A stretch of DNA of 61,309 nucleotides, filler included, from Hausera hauseri (Eukaryota): the NCBI GenBank assembly GCA_046269625.1. It is 7 parts of 7 records of this genome, joined end to end, with 100 filler letters (N's around TTAATTAATTAA, not from the genome) between each part and the next. Parts side by side here need not be neighbours in the genome. Positions count along the whole stretch, not along the records: positions 10,629 to 21,781 come from JBJURY010119985.1; positions 21,882 to 26,980 come from JBJURY010335604.1; 5 more parts are not named here. The stretch is one strand, 5' to 3'. The translations under genes and the position numbers were made by a program. Below the pieces are notes generated by a model. That model ran no database searches. It was not told the origin of the DNA and worked only from the letters and a program-made list of their open reading frames with translations. The first letter of the stretch is position 1, and each line of letters begins with the position of its first letter. Below are positions 11,521 to 24,160 of the stretch, piece by piece.

Positions 11521-13108
11521 CAACAATAGATTTTCGAAGAAAATCGATAAGTTCATTTTCCGAATAATTTATTTTATACAGTAATCCGATCGATTTATCG
11601 ATCGGGCTAAAGTGATAGTCGATACAGCACATGTTCATACATCGATCTGTGCACTTGAAATATTCGATGCGCTATTCGAAATGGATGAAAATTAATAATA
11701 CTGGTTTTCCGATAATTCGAATATTGATTATTGAAACTTGTGACCAAGCCGAATTGATTGAAAACACGTTGCTGTATACAGTTGATAATCAGTTTTTAAA
11801 TCGATCAATTGGTTATCGAACAATATCGATTAGAATGTTAGTGGTTTAGAGCACACGTGTTTTTTACGCACAAGGAAGCAAAATTCGAAAATTCTTTAAG
11901 CGTAGACACATAGGAAACAATATATGTCGAATCTGAATCCGGTGTCAACTATTCGAAAACAAGTTCGCAAATTTAATAATTATCGATTGGAACTCGAAAA
12001 CTTTGTCAACCGTAATTTATTCGAACAATCTGACAATTTCGTTAGATTCCCAATATACGAAAACCTCAATGAAATTTTAAATATGGCACAGTGAAATTCA
12101 TATAATTGATGCATTAAAACAAATTTCGAAAAAAGTGAAATACAAATACCACCTACATAATGGACTTTATTGATAATATTATATCTGATATGAGAAAACT
12201 TTCACTGAATGATGAGCCTAGTGGAGATGTTCCAGAATATACACGTGTTCAGTCAGAAGATCATAGAGAGAATGAATAAATGGATACAGTAAATAAAACA
12301 GAAGTTAATGAAATGTATGAAGAATGTAAAGATGATGATGAATTGTGATGTTGACGAAATTGGGCTCAAGTGGGTGGAAGTGTCCACTCCTAACCACATT
12401 CCCAACACCATAGAACAAAATCCACGCTACTTACTGCGGAATGAGACAAATCGGTTGTTCATGATGAAGAGAGCAAACGTTTGTAGCGCTGGTAAGTGAT
12501 CAAATGTAATGTAGAGGCGCTAGAAGACAAACAAGGAAAGCAAGAAATCTGCAACAAGAAACGCGATACAAGTGAGTAGCACACTGATGATAAGTCACAT
12601 TGTCAAATAGATGACGGCGAATCGAATGGACACAGGTGCACCTCGGTCAGGCCAGTGGAAAAATCGACGGGAAATATCCTAATTCAAAAATGTCCCTTTA
12701 CTCAAGTCCGCCGGTGACGGGAATCGGTTGAGCACGTAATCCGTCGTGAGCTCAAAATTTCATATTATAACTAACTCATGACCAGACGACACTGATGCGG
12801 TTAAAAGTGCATTGTTAAAACCATCATCATTATTTTAGATGCATTGTAAAAGTTATGTTTTAATGAGCTGTTAATTAAATCCGTCAGAATGAATGAACGA
12901 CTAATAGTTAACATTTCAGCCAATACAATTGTTCCACCTATCTGGCCATAACGGTAATTTTAATTATACACTGACCTTGTTTTCGAACAACCACATTTCC
13001 CCACCTATCTCGCTGTAACAAACATTTTTTATCTGACCCAGTTTTGGACAGTAGCATTTCACAACAAAATAGCATGTATTTGAAATTCACAAAGCAACCG
13101 TAAACATT

Positions 13109-13469
13109 TAGTCATTGTTCACACAAGAGTTTGTAATGTAAGCCACAATAAGCAGTAATGTCCACATAATACGGTCATTGGATGTTGATAATGAAGTCGA
13201 TTATATTCAACACGATGAGATTGTTATTAAGTTTGACAAACTAACGATGAAGGGTAGTAAAATCCAAGCGTATCGAATACTTTGACAACGGTAGGATGTA
13301 CGTGCGCAGCAATCCAATGTTCGCCCGGTAAGGATGAAGTTTGTGTATTGATAATGAAACCACCAACTTGTCTTAAATCATGCGGCACACGAACCAATGG
13401 AAACATACCGCGAAAATTCACACCCATGAGTAGTTTTCAATAGTGACGGAGTTCAATGGAGCTAAACAT
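13109..13469 (-). pseudogene. Adenain-like cysteine maturation protease
   Basis: FIINTQTSSLPGEHWIA...VFDTLG then, after a stop, YQHPMTVLCGHYC: H, D, Q and C catalytic residues. Confidence 0.9.
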
Positions 13470-13542
13470 AAAACGTGATTTAAGCATAGTAGCAATGATA
13501 AATTACTTCATGTTAGAAAAGAGAGAGACATCCAATTTTATT

Positions 13543-14712
13543 TATACAATGACTGTTCCGTTTTTCGTTATTTCTACATCGGCATCAAATACACCGTAAA
13601 TGTACATAACAGTAGACTGTGCCATCGCTTTTGAAAGTAAACCTTTAAACGTAGATTTCCCTGCAGTTGAGCCTCTTCAACATAATAATCCTTAGTCATG
13701 ACAAAAGTAAAGAACGGTAGGACGACTTGAACAAATCCATCTATATTACATTGCTGACATTTTTGTTCAGCAAACCCATATTGCGCATGATAGATTGCAT
13801 ATATGTGCAAACGTAATCGTCGGTCTTAAAATTTTGCTTATACGTCTCAATGAAATCAGCATTTTTACCCAAATTGATGTCATCCACACTGCTGTTGGTT
13901 AACGTTTCCGGCACAACTTTTGGCAATCGCATATCGGCAAGCAATGCGTCCTTGTAAAATTTTGTCGAACCGTTGGGTATGGAGTAAAGGACGAGTTCAG
14001 TGCGTTGTATCGGATAACAGCCATTCCGAGTTCAAGCCCATTCGATGTCCCATGAACACAGATGGTTCAACCTTTACACGACATACGTATAATCGTGCCT
14101 TGGTAATTTTCAGTATTGGTTTAAGATTTGCAACTGCAATTTTCAAACAGAAGACACTGTCACTGCGTTTGAGTTCAATGATGGCTTTAACGTCACGTAA
14201 CAGGTATTTCGGCTGGTCGAAAAAGTCAAAATACAGCGGTCCGCACATTGTAGAATTCTTTGACTCTGCCACCCATGTCTGACGGTCAGATACAGTTGCA
14301 TCGTATCCAACGGTTTTTAGATGAGTCGTTTTCATGTCTGCACTATGATTCAAAACCGTTCCCATGAGCGCTTTGATACTGTACAGACTGATATTGCCTT
14401 CAATTTTAACACTGTTTAGAGTCTGTGAATCTTCCTGGAAAAGTGTGAGGAAAAGTCATTTGCTGGTATGACAGTGTCCGTTACAGCGAGGGCCATCGAT
14501 GCACCCTTTTTAACAAGGACTTTTACATACAGCAGCGTATCATTCAAATCCAGGTATTCATTGTCCGATGCTATTATACTGATCTGAAAGTCAATGTTGT
14601 CTTCTGTTGAAACACAGTCAACGGGGTAGATTTCTTCAAACGCCGCACTGTCAATAATGACTTGGGGTGCGGCCTTGTCAAATATACACAATTCAGATTT
14701 TGCGGATGCCAT
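13543..14712 (-). pseudogene. Double jelly-roll major capsid protein (hexon-like), fragmented
   Basis: KSELCIFD...YLDLNDTLLYVKV; GPLYFDFFDQPKYLL...IELKR; GNLRLKVYF: typical Polinton MCP blocks over several frames. Confidence 0.9.
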
Positions 14713-14718
14713 GTTCAA

Positions 14719-15072
14719 TCAATGGAAAATCGTACGACGGCGTTTCTTTATAGTTGGTAAGCTCGATGCTTTACGATGTTTTCTCAAACCACTGCTGATG
14801 AATTGTTTTTTGACTGTTTCAATGACTTTTGGTGAAGCATCTTTTACTTCTGACAAGGTGTGTACCTTCGGTAATTGTAAAATCGGCTTGTTTTCGTACA
14901 ACACATTTTGTGCCGTTTTCGCTGCCACGGCTCAAATACGCTTCAACACCGGAAATGCTAAACGTGCCAATGTACGCAACCACCCAGAACCGTATTGTTC
15001 GCCTAAGAAATACAGCAGTTCACCGCCCTGCTGAGGCTTACTGTAAATGGATACTAATTGAGAATCAATCAT
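14719..15072 (-). pseudogene. Cupiennin-like amphipathic virion protein
   Basis: QQGGELLYFLGEQYGSGWLRTLARLAFPVLKRI*AVAAKTAQ...KKRRRTIFH; lies between penton and MCP. Confidence 0.75.
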
Positions 15073-16034
15073 GTTTTCGGCCGAAATGAATAGTTAGACT
15101 GGTTGTGGTACCGTAGGGAAATTCAATAAAGAAGCCCGCGTCACATTGGACATTGACTTCAACATTGTTCATAGATGTAGATGCCATGGGTAGGTACATT
15201 GGATTATTGAGCTTGACAGTGACATTGTCACCAGCAGTACACTTGCTGCTTTCCCGATAAATTGCACGGAGTAGTTATACACGTATCCCACCCACAAAAA
15301 TCGGTTAGGTGACGTTTACGTAATTGTACATTTGACTTAGTCTAGTTTTCAGTTTGGGTTTAAGTGTTGTAACATTAGCCGTCTTCGTATTCTATGCCTC
15401 AAACCAATGTTTTTCAAAACTCAATACCATGGCCAAAGCTTTGTCCAATGAAATGTCGACAATATCCTTAGCCAGTTCAAATTTAATGTACCAATCTGCA
15501 TCTGACTCGAAAACTTTGAATATCGCTTTGTACTTTTAATTTGAAGAAACGTGTTGACAGAGATGTGCTATAGATTCGCAATAGACATTGTCGCCAATCG
15601 ATACGTATGATGTTGAAACCCTTTGGGCTGTATAGGTAAATTTTACCGTTATCTGGTAATATTTGGGACTTAATCTTGGAGCAACTGCATATTCACTTTT
15701 AATGTCTTTAACTTTGTACTCTATATTTTTGAATTCAAATTTCTGGGCCATTTCAGAGGACTCAAAGTTGACAGTAAATTCAAAATCTTCCATAAAATGT
15801 AAGTATTCTCCTAAAATAAAAACACAGATCTTGCCATATGAAGCGTAGTTTGTACTGGTCGTACAAATGTCAACAGTGCGTAGGGAAAGTTAAATTCCGT
15901 CAGTGCAACCTCCCAATTTCCGGATAAATAGAAAGGATTGTCCAAATTGCAACGTATTCATTGGCTGAATTGTTCGGACGTGTCTTCGGACAACTGTTAC
16001 TCGACAACACCATGTAAATACTCGTATTCACCAT
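15065..16034 (-). pseudogene. Minor capsid (penton-like) protein B, fragmented
   Basis: N-terminal YMVLSSNSC...NNSANEY...GNWEVALTEFNF; C-terminal NPMYLP...SLTIHF. Confidence 0.75.
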
Positions 16035-16071
16035 GATGACAATAATGATTATGTAGTTTGTTTATTATCAA

Positions 16072-17100
16072 CGTTGACGAGGTCGAAAATGTAGCCTCAA
16101 ATGTGTTGTTGGCCCAAAGAGAAATTTAATGGGTTCCTAAAATTCATCAAGCATATACGCGGAAATACTGTGCACAGTATTGTGAGGCAATGATAAGTAC
16201 ATGGGTCTGATCATATTAACGTGAACTGTTTCAACCGATGTTCTGTACTTGTCAGAATCCAGTTTGATAGAAGCCAGCAGTTGTTTACGTTCTCCACTAA
16301 CAAGTACGGATTCAGTTAAGTCCGTTCAAATGTTGATTTTACGAAATGTTCCATAGAGTTGCGGTTTGTATTGGGCAACAGTAGATTGTTCAACAGTGGT
16401 TTGATAGAATTCACGTTTTGAAAAACCCAGATTTCGAGCCGATAATTCATCAAAGGCAAAATATGTAACCTTGTCATGTAGTATAATCGAAATATGAACA
16501 TCTGCGTTTATTTCACATGTCTTTACGGCTAATGTTGCCGCTTTCGTAATGTATTCACAAATTATATGGTGCAATATACGAGCAAAAGACTGATTCTGAC
16601 TTTATCCAGTTCACTACAACTGCGGTTGTCACATTAGAGGAAAGGTTCAATTTTTCGCCAATTATAATATGTCCACCGAGTTGTAGACCTTTGAGCGTAC
16701 ATTGACTTATTGAAAACCCCATGCCTCAGCATCAGCTACGGATTTAAACTGCAATTCCATGGTATGTCAGTGTGTTAGTTTCATACGGTAGTTTGAAAAA
16801 TGAGCGTAAACAGAGAAATTGTATCGCGAATAATTGCAAAGAATATATTTGTTAGAGTCTCGGATTAACGATAAGCGGCTTGAAGCAAGATATTTTTCTA
16901 ATCGGGTAAAGTAAATACCTCTTTTTCCACGTATTGATTTGGGTGAAAATGTAAATATGAATCCCGTCAGAGCCACTTCCCAGGTTCCCGTGCGTAATTC
17001 CAGCGGTTGGTCCAAGTCCATGGAAAACCGTTCACTTGTATTATTGTTAATCAGTGATGATGACTTTTCACTATCAAGTACCAAGTAAGTGCAAATATCC
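16072..17100 (-). pseudogene. Minor capsid (penton-like) protein A, fragmented
   Basis: N-terminal YLVLDSEKS...NNTSERFSMDLDQPLELRTGTWEVALT; C-terminal RPMYLSL...HLRLHFRP. Confidence 0.65.
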
Positions 17101-18056
17101 AGCTGGGTTTGCTGTACCCTTGCCACTTGACTAGATATTGTTTATTCGAACCTTTGCCGCGTGAACGTATAATTTCCTAAATACGATATACATCGGGTTT
17201 CTCTGACAGTACCTGCAGTTCCTGTTCGTAGAATTTACCACCTATTTTCTCACCATTCTCACCTTTCAAAACGTACATAACGGGTGATTTTTGTGTTGAT
17301 TGCTGAAATTCAAAACATCTCATCGCTCCAGTTCTGATTGAAATTCTTGATAAGTGGCGCTGTGCTCATCCGCAAAATGCGTTCATAATCGCCAATTCTG
17401 TACTTCGGACGACGATTAACTGTTTGTTGTCGGTTTGGTGAAGCTACATATCCAAATCATCGATTACATCAACCGGACGTAATCGATTGATTCCATAGTG
17501 TGTCGAGTGATTGTATGCATAAATAATATCCAGAGGTACATATACCCTGTGTTTATTGCCTTGCTTGGTGAACAATTTGTTTAGGCGACCGCATAAGTTT
17601 CAATTAAATCGTTCAACGAATGCGGCCTTGTATTATGAAAATACAGAGTAGTGGCTTACACCGAACCGGCTGAAAACTGAGGCAACATGAGAAATGTAAA
17701 ATTCCTTGCCCAAGTCCGTTTGTATGTGCTTCGGCAGCTTTCTTACCGCATTTCGATTTGACTGCGATTACATGTGCAGAGCCACTAAACACATAAACTT
17801 ACGTTAACACGTACCGATACCCATCGTTAATGCTTGCGTACGGGATAATTTCAATCAGATTTATTTGCCATACTTTGTTTACGCCTGCAGCACGGTATGC
17901 ACGAGTTTGAAATCTTCTTATCGGTTTGTTTAGGCTGCATGCCAACTGTCTGCCTAACCAACGTTGGGTTTGTCGACTACACTGCCGTACAGTCCTTGCT
18001 AAACTGGCGACGCCAGTATACCCGACGGGATGACGCGGATCGAACCATACGTCCAT
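17090..18056 (-). pseudogene. int: Polinton retroviral-like integrase with C-terminal chromodomain-like region
   Basis: FDPRHPVGYTG, VWQINL, YRYVLT, HIQTDLGKEF, AAFVERFN, YNHSTH, GKFYEQELQ, YLVKWQGY. Confidence 0.9.
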
Positions 18057-18204
18057 CGTCGGTGTTATAGATGTCGCTTTTGTTGGAATTACAACAATTG
18101 GAACGAAACGTAAATGAAGGATTTGGTAGAGTTGGACAAAACGATGAAAGCCATGCACCCATATCTACAAAACATCGAATACTTACACAAATCGTTTACA
18201 CTGT

Positions 18205-18519
18205 TTACCCGAAGAGACCACCAATTAATGACGCGACGACCGGTAAAATTGCACCAAGGAATCCTCCATATTAGTGATACATGACCTCCCGTTTAAGTCG
18301 CTTACTACAAGCGTTGGCAATGCCAATGAGTCGTTTTCGATACTTCAGTAAATTTCGCTTCCCATTACCAATGTTAACATGACCCACAACAATATTGTAC
18401 AAAATTTCCATTAAATCGTCTACTACAAACTGCAGGAATGATCGTAGCATGTTTCCCTTATATCTCTTAGGTGTCTTGAGTAAAGCAATAAAGTACGACT
18501 GACTACGTTCGAGTCGCAC
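18205..18519 (-). pseudogene. Adenovirus pX-like core protein
   Basis: LMEILYNIVVG...KREVMYH*YGGFLGAILPVVASLIGGLFG*; the C-terminus resembles adenoviral pX (GGFL...). Confidence 0.7.
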
Positions 18520-18568
18520 ATTTTTTGTGGACGTATTGATGCTGAGACGTAGTTTTTTATAACCGTTG

Positions 18569-18736
18569 CTACTGTGACGGTAATTTGCGTCTAGTTGTTG
18601 ATGATGCTGCTACTGTTCGAAACACAGAATTGATTAATCGCTTGACTGTAGCGGCTCGCTTTGATACACATTTCTTGCCGCCGGACACCTGCTTGGCAGG
18701 TTTACGCTTAGCAATTGTTTTTCGGAAATTCTTCAT
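18569..18736 (-). CDS. Small K/R-rich protein (possible core protein)
   Basis: MKNFRKTIAKRKPAKQVSGGKK..., immediately after the ATPase stop. Confidence 0.35.
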   Translation of the reverse strand: MKNFRKTIAKRKPAKQVSGGKKCVSKRAATVKRLINSVFRTVAASSTTRRKLPSQ

Positions 18737-18740
18737 TTTA

Positions 18741-19425
18741 TCACCATAATGTCGTCGATTTTTGAATTTGTTTATAGACACATACACCTTTTTGATTGAA
18801 AATGTCTGTTTGTACACGCATGTCATCGGGACACTGTTGCGTAAAGTCAATGAACAAGTATCCGTGTGGCTCGGTCGTAGCATCAAGATATGCATTTATC
18901 AAGTAGTTCCGGTTGTGAGAAAATGCTTGTCGTGCAACGTAATCAATGATAGTCTGATCATGGGGATTTTTGAACAACAAAAAGAAGTTTACGTTTAGAT
19001 TTCTTGTTCGATGCTATCCGCCCCGAGGGAACAGGTTTTGCGTAATGAAAACAACTGTTACGCCACGGTGCCGTGCAATCTTCGTGAATAGGTTGTTGAA
19101 GTCTGTTTGTTTCGTTGCCTCTTGAAATAAGTCATCAGTGACAATGACATCACCGTGGTGTAATCGTTTAGACTAGTTCACATGAAACCCATCTATTACC
19201 GTTACGGATTTCAATTTACAGAATTCCTGACGTGTCAAGCCGGACTTTCTATCATTACCACTGCCCTTATGCCAGTAAATATGACTGAACAGCGACGATT
19301 GGAATATTTCATGGTAGTTCTGCAGCAATTTGCAAACAAAGTGCGTTTTTCCACTTCCACGGGGGCCTAAAATCTGGAAAAGGCATTATTCTGCAGCTTC
19401 GTGTCGTTGGTGACGCATTTCTCAT
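18741..19425 (-). pseudogene. FtsK/HerA-family (A32-like) packaging ATPase
   Basis: Walker A GPRGSGKT, Walker B IVTDD, RHRGVTVVFITQNLF, LFKNPHD, PHGYLFIDF. Confidence 0.92.
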
Positions 19426-19467
19426 GCATTTTGTTTATAATCACACGTACATATAAATAGGTGCAGC

Positions 19468-19944
19468 ATGAACACTGTTTCAATCATGATGACCAATATC
19501 AACTATCACAGCCATGTTACTGAATATATTATTGCATTGTCGTTTAATCGATGGAAGCCGATGTATTATGTCCTAAAGTTTCCAGAATTTACATCCATCA
19601 TATTTCCATCGGGAAAGTGTCGTGTTATAGGTTGTCGCAAACCAATTACAAATGTCCAACAACTACCATTCAGAATTGGAATTGACCAAATTCAATCAAT
19701 AACGGTAACAAATCAGTTAGATTGCTCACCAACATCAACTATTCTGCACAAATTAGCAATGACTACCGAATGTATTTATGAGCCCGAACTGTTTTCTGCA
19801 CTGCGACTAACACTATTCCACCCGGTTTGTGTCTATGTCTTTAGCAGTGAAAAAATTGTTGCATTGGGGATTCGGACAATCAACTATAAAACGACTATTA
19901 ATCAAATTAAACACCACATAAGTGTTTTTGCTGAATCAACGTAA
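19468..19944 (+). CDS. TATA-binding-protein-like protein (two TBP repeats)
   Basis: TSIIFPSGKCRVIG and YEPELFSAL...VYVFSSEKIVALG match the two TBP direct repeats; uninterrupted 158-aa ORF. Confidence 0.8.
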   Translation: MNTVSIMMTNINYHSHVTEYIIALSFNRWKPMYYVLKFPEFTSIIFPSGKCRVIGCRKPITNVQQLPFRIGIDQIQSITVTNQLDCSPTSTILHKLAMTTECIYEPELFSALRLTLFHPVCVYVFSSEKIVALGIRTINYKTTINQIKHHISVFAEST

Positions 19945-20883
19945 TGTACTCTGGCAAATGGACTATAAATATCATTCTCATATTCGTTCAGACATTATTA
20001 CGATGGAAAACGATAAAAGGATTTTGCTCAATAATACTTGTGACAATGACAAAAGTACAGGTTGGTTATGACTGTTTGGTGGCAGGAATGACGATGTCAA
20101 CTATCTGGAACCGAAACCTGTCCAACAATTAGTGAAATCGATATTAAAACGGCAAGGGAGAATTGTTGCTGATAAATGCATGTCAGACGAAGACAGGGGG
20201 ATAATGCTCAACGGTAATGATTGTGGTCATGATAATGAGAGTCCCGATTTGTCACGAGTGCTTAGTGGCAACAATTCTAATGTCAACTGTCTGGAACCAA
20301 AAAGAGAACCTGTCAAACAATTAGAAAAACCTAAATTAGAACGGCAAGCGCGAATGACTAATGGATTAAAGAAATAAAAATTAAAGCCGACGCAACAAAC
20401 ACCAACATTTTTACCTACACAACGTTTTAGAAAGTATGAAATGCATCATATGCAAACACCCATAGAGATTTTGTTAAACGGCCCCATGTTGTTGACCACA
20501 CCCAAGTACAGTTATCGTTTAAAACCGCTATCAAGTGAAAATGTTGCGAAACTTGATAATGCTTTAACTCAATTAAATATGGACTTAAGGCTGAAGGAAA
20601 CGGCCTTACAATAGCAATATGTCGTTTTACCGGCCACAAAATCTAAACTGATTGATTTTGTCGGTCGTAAAATGTCTAATGTTCCCGATGATTTAAAGTG
20701 TCGAGTCACCATTGAATTTCAGGATATAAAGAAAAGGATAGTACCAAAAGCTCGATTTGGCTTTTATCCGAAGCCCTTTTTGATTGTCAATAAATGTTAT
20801 TGTTTTAATTTTCATCTTTTTTCATGAACATAAAAAATGAGTATAAATATACATGTGTAATGGGCTTTTCATTAATATTGATA

Positions 20884-21348
20884 ATGAATGTTGTAAAGAT
20901 TATCTTAACAGATGAAAATGCCTCTGTACCGAGACGTGTTACAGTAAACATTTCAGACTACGATGTGTTCTCCAATGTCAATACGACAATTGCAAACACC
21001 GCAATCAAATTTATAACGACGTGGATTCAATAGGCGATTCCGTACGGTTACTATGGCCAACTGATATCGAAAAGTGGGTTGGCAAAGCTCGGATTGACGG
21101 TACTTGGCGGTGTAATTGATCCAGACTTCCGTGGCTAAATTAAGGTGCTGATGGAAAACTATTCTGGCGAAACGTACAGTATTTTGAAAGGCTATGCAAT
21201 CGCACAAATCGTTTTTCTGTTATGTGAAGAGGCTGAATTCAGTGTAATGTCACCTGAAGAATGGGGATTGTTTTGTGCCAATGAATCAACATTAAATAAA
21301 TGCAATGAAGCTAGTTTCCGTAAAATGGACAAGGCCACTTATGTTTAA
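20884..21348 (+). pseudogene. dut: dUTPase
   Basis: YDVFS, IPYGYYGQLISKSGLA, GVIDPDFRG*IKV, IAQIVF; two in-frame stops. Confidence 0.9.
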
Positions 21349-21412
21349 TGATAGTAAAAATAATTAGTTATTTTGCGTTGTAAATTAAAATGATTTTGTA
21401 CGTAAAATAATA

Positions 21413-21781
21413 ATGGCGATAGGATTTATCGATATTGAGGCTTTTTAGTACAACAATGATCAGCACATAATAAAGAAATTGTGTATTATGGACGTAAGTG
21501 ATATTTTCAAACCGCTTAAGCACATATTCGAGCGGAACGTTGAGTGGAACGATTTGACAGAAAAGGCAAAAATCACCAATGGATTTCTCATACAACATCG
21601 CCATAGACTTTATTGGCATGTAGACAACGCAAACTTTTGCGCGTCATGTATCATGAGAAACATTCGAGATAGTTTTGACATTTCAAACACAATTTTTTGC
21701 GTTAAAGATTAAATATATAGTCAAAAGTTTACGAAATTACATTTGCACCTTCCAGACTTGTGAATGACGACGTACACAACC
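21413..21781 (+). pseudogene. DEDD-like exonuclease-fold protein
   Basis: MAIGFIDIEAF*...HIIKKLCI...HRHRLYW, resembling the D-x-E/Q-G-F...IKEL...HGLxW proteins of Polintons. Confidence 0.55.
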
Positions 21782-21881
21782 NNNNNNNNNNNNNNNNNNN
21801 NNNNNNNNNNNNNNNNNNNNNNNNNTTAATTAATTAANNNNNNNNNNNNNNNNNNNNNNNNNNNNNNNNNNNNNNNNNNNN
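21782..21881. other. Artificial contig linker
   Basis: N44-TTAATTAATTAA-N44. Confidence 0.98.
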
Positions 21882-23203
21882 GGTTAAAAGAAACAAGACA
21901 TGGTTTTGAAGATGAAATTGAGAGTATGGAAATAAACGTATATATATATTATAAAATAAACCGAAAATTCAATGTTATATGGAACTGTTTCAGATTAGAT
22001 AATTATGACCTTTTAGGAATGATTGACGAATGTATTAAGTTATTAACAAAATTCAAAACGTTAAATTCATACGAAGATACAACGCAATAGGCTCGTCATA
22101 CAATTCCGAAAGTACAACGAATTGTTGGTTGATCCTTTGTTCAATATGGCATATTAGATAAATCGTTTTATTTATCGGATAGTCCTTACTCTTGGCTTTC
22201 ATTATGTTATCCGCGGACGCGTCCACGCCCTTCGCCTCGTCGCCCAGCTTGGGTTTAGTTTGAAAAATCCCCGCCTCCTGTATGATGCTCACATTGGCCC
22301 ACCAAAAAATGACAAAGTATTTTTGAATTATAGTCACTTTTTTGTTTAAATATGCTTGACAGCAACTATTGTAAATTTATGAAAAAATATACTTACGGCG
22401 TTTTATTTTGAAAATTTATGAAAAGCTTGTGTCTGCAATTATTTTTTATTTCAACCTTAAAAATTGGTTTAATTAATTATCACGTTTGATAATTTTCTAT
22501 ATGTAAATATAAAGCGATGAATTTTCTAAACGGTAACATTCCAGCTTCTTCAATTTTTCCCTAAACATGCAAAGAAATTTTCAAATAACAAAAACTTTTG
22601 TTTCCAGTGTATCTTTCATGTTATGTCAAGGTACAGTGCATTAATCTAATTATTGGACGCTTTGTTAGTATTTCTTCGCTCATGTATAGATTGTGGCTTA
22701 ACACTTGAATCACGTCATATTACGAGCTAAATATTAGACAGACATTTAGTAGTTTGACAGAGTATCAAGAATTTGTAAATCTTTAATTTTGCAGAACTAA
22801 AAGTAACATTACCTTGAAAAATTCACAACTAAAACCCGTATACTCAGAGGGAAGGATTTTATATAATCCGAATTGTTTCATAGACTAATAATCTCCAGAA
22901 TAACTTTTCATAGTTTTCAAAGGTTTTAGATTTGACAAAAGAAATAATCTCGAGTGTGGTCAGATTTAGTGAATGTTTAGTCCACTCCTCCCATATAAGC
23001 CATAGTGTTGTCGTTTAGTATAGGGCGTGCCACAAAAAACCGTCAGTTTACATATATCACACAAGTGAAAAACAGTAAGAAACAATAAATTTACAAACAT
23101 CAAAAAAGGAATTAAAAATAATAACAAATAACCACAATAACTAATACAAACCATCACAACCAAAAAGACAAAATGCGGTAACCAGCAAATCAATAACAAT
23201 AGC

Positions 23204-24006
23204 TGTAATAGTGTTGAAACAGTTGATAATGACGACTTTATTATTGATAATGATCGACAATGACCTTATTATTTCTTTGCATTCTGTTGTCTGATTCAAA
23301 TTAATGTCATCCAATATATTTATGTGATCGCTAATTTAACATTAATTATTCTGATCGAACTAAGATCGTATTTTTGTTTTTTTACATTATCACTGATTTT
23401 ATCATATGGAATTTTATTTGTCTGTACCACTGATTTTATCATATGGAATTCCATACGTCTGAAGAAGGAACTATATAAACCCTCATAACATTGTTACAAT
23501 ACATAATAAGTAAAGAAAAGAAACAACGATGATGTTTGATTCGTGTAAGTTTTTTATCATTGATTTTGTAAAAGCCATTTGTAATCATTTATTATTTGAC
23601 TTCTTTTAAAATTATTGTTTCGTTATTATTGATTAAAAGTTATAAGATAGTTTTCTTATTTTGTTCTATAGTATTCGTAAAGTAAAAAGTTTTGTAGTAA
23701 GATTCATTATTAATTTCCTAAAAACAGGGTTCAGTTTATTTTACGGTCATAAAGAACCGTATAACCTCAAAATCTCCTAAAATCTGGGAAAGACACCAGT
23801 GTCCCTCCTGGTGATCGAATTCATATACACAAATTTGATTTTTAAGCCGACCCCACAGGCGGCTCTCGAGACTAAATAGAGTAATTAGGCTCAAGGAAAA
23901 TAATACCCTGAGCTATTTGCACTGAAGTAAATAAGCATAAGTTTGAGGTTACAGAACCCAAACTCATTTATCTAAATTTCTAGATTTTTAAACCTTAAAC
24001 TTATCA
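23204..24006 (+). repeat. Putative 5' LTR
   Basis: Ends ...TTATCA just before the PBS; TATATAAA at ~23472; 23-bp direct repeat 23391-23413/23428-23450. The TGTAAT start at 23204 is a guess. Confidence 0.5.
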
Positions 24007-24007
24007 C

Positions 24008-24024
24008 TGGTGCCCCGAGTGAGG
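24008..24024 (+). promoter_or_regulatory. Primer-binding site, elongator tRNA-Met-like
   Basis: TGGTGCCCCGAGTGAGG, one mismatch to the complement of the vertebrate elongator tRNA-Met 3' end as I recall it (TGGTGCCCCGTGTGAGG). Confidence 0.75.
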
Positions 24025-24160
24025 AGGCACACTGGCGTCATATTCTTTGCGTAATAAACAAAAAGTATACGCTAGCAATACAATCTCTGCTACTGATTCG
24101 GCAAGGAGTAGTTCCGAATCAGATACGAATCCCGAAGTAAATTTGATTGAGAATCCAGAA

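Larger units (their letters stand above)
13109..21781. mobile_element. Decayed Polinton/Maverick (adintovirus-like) endogenous virus core
   Basis: Co-oriented ATPase, pX-like, integrase, penton-like x2, cupiennin-like, major capsid and adenain, with divergent TBP-like, dUTPase and DEDD-like genes. Confidence 0.93.
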
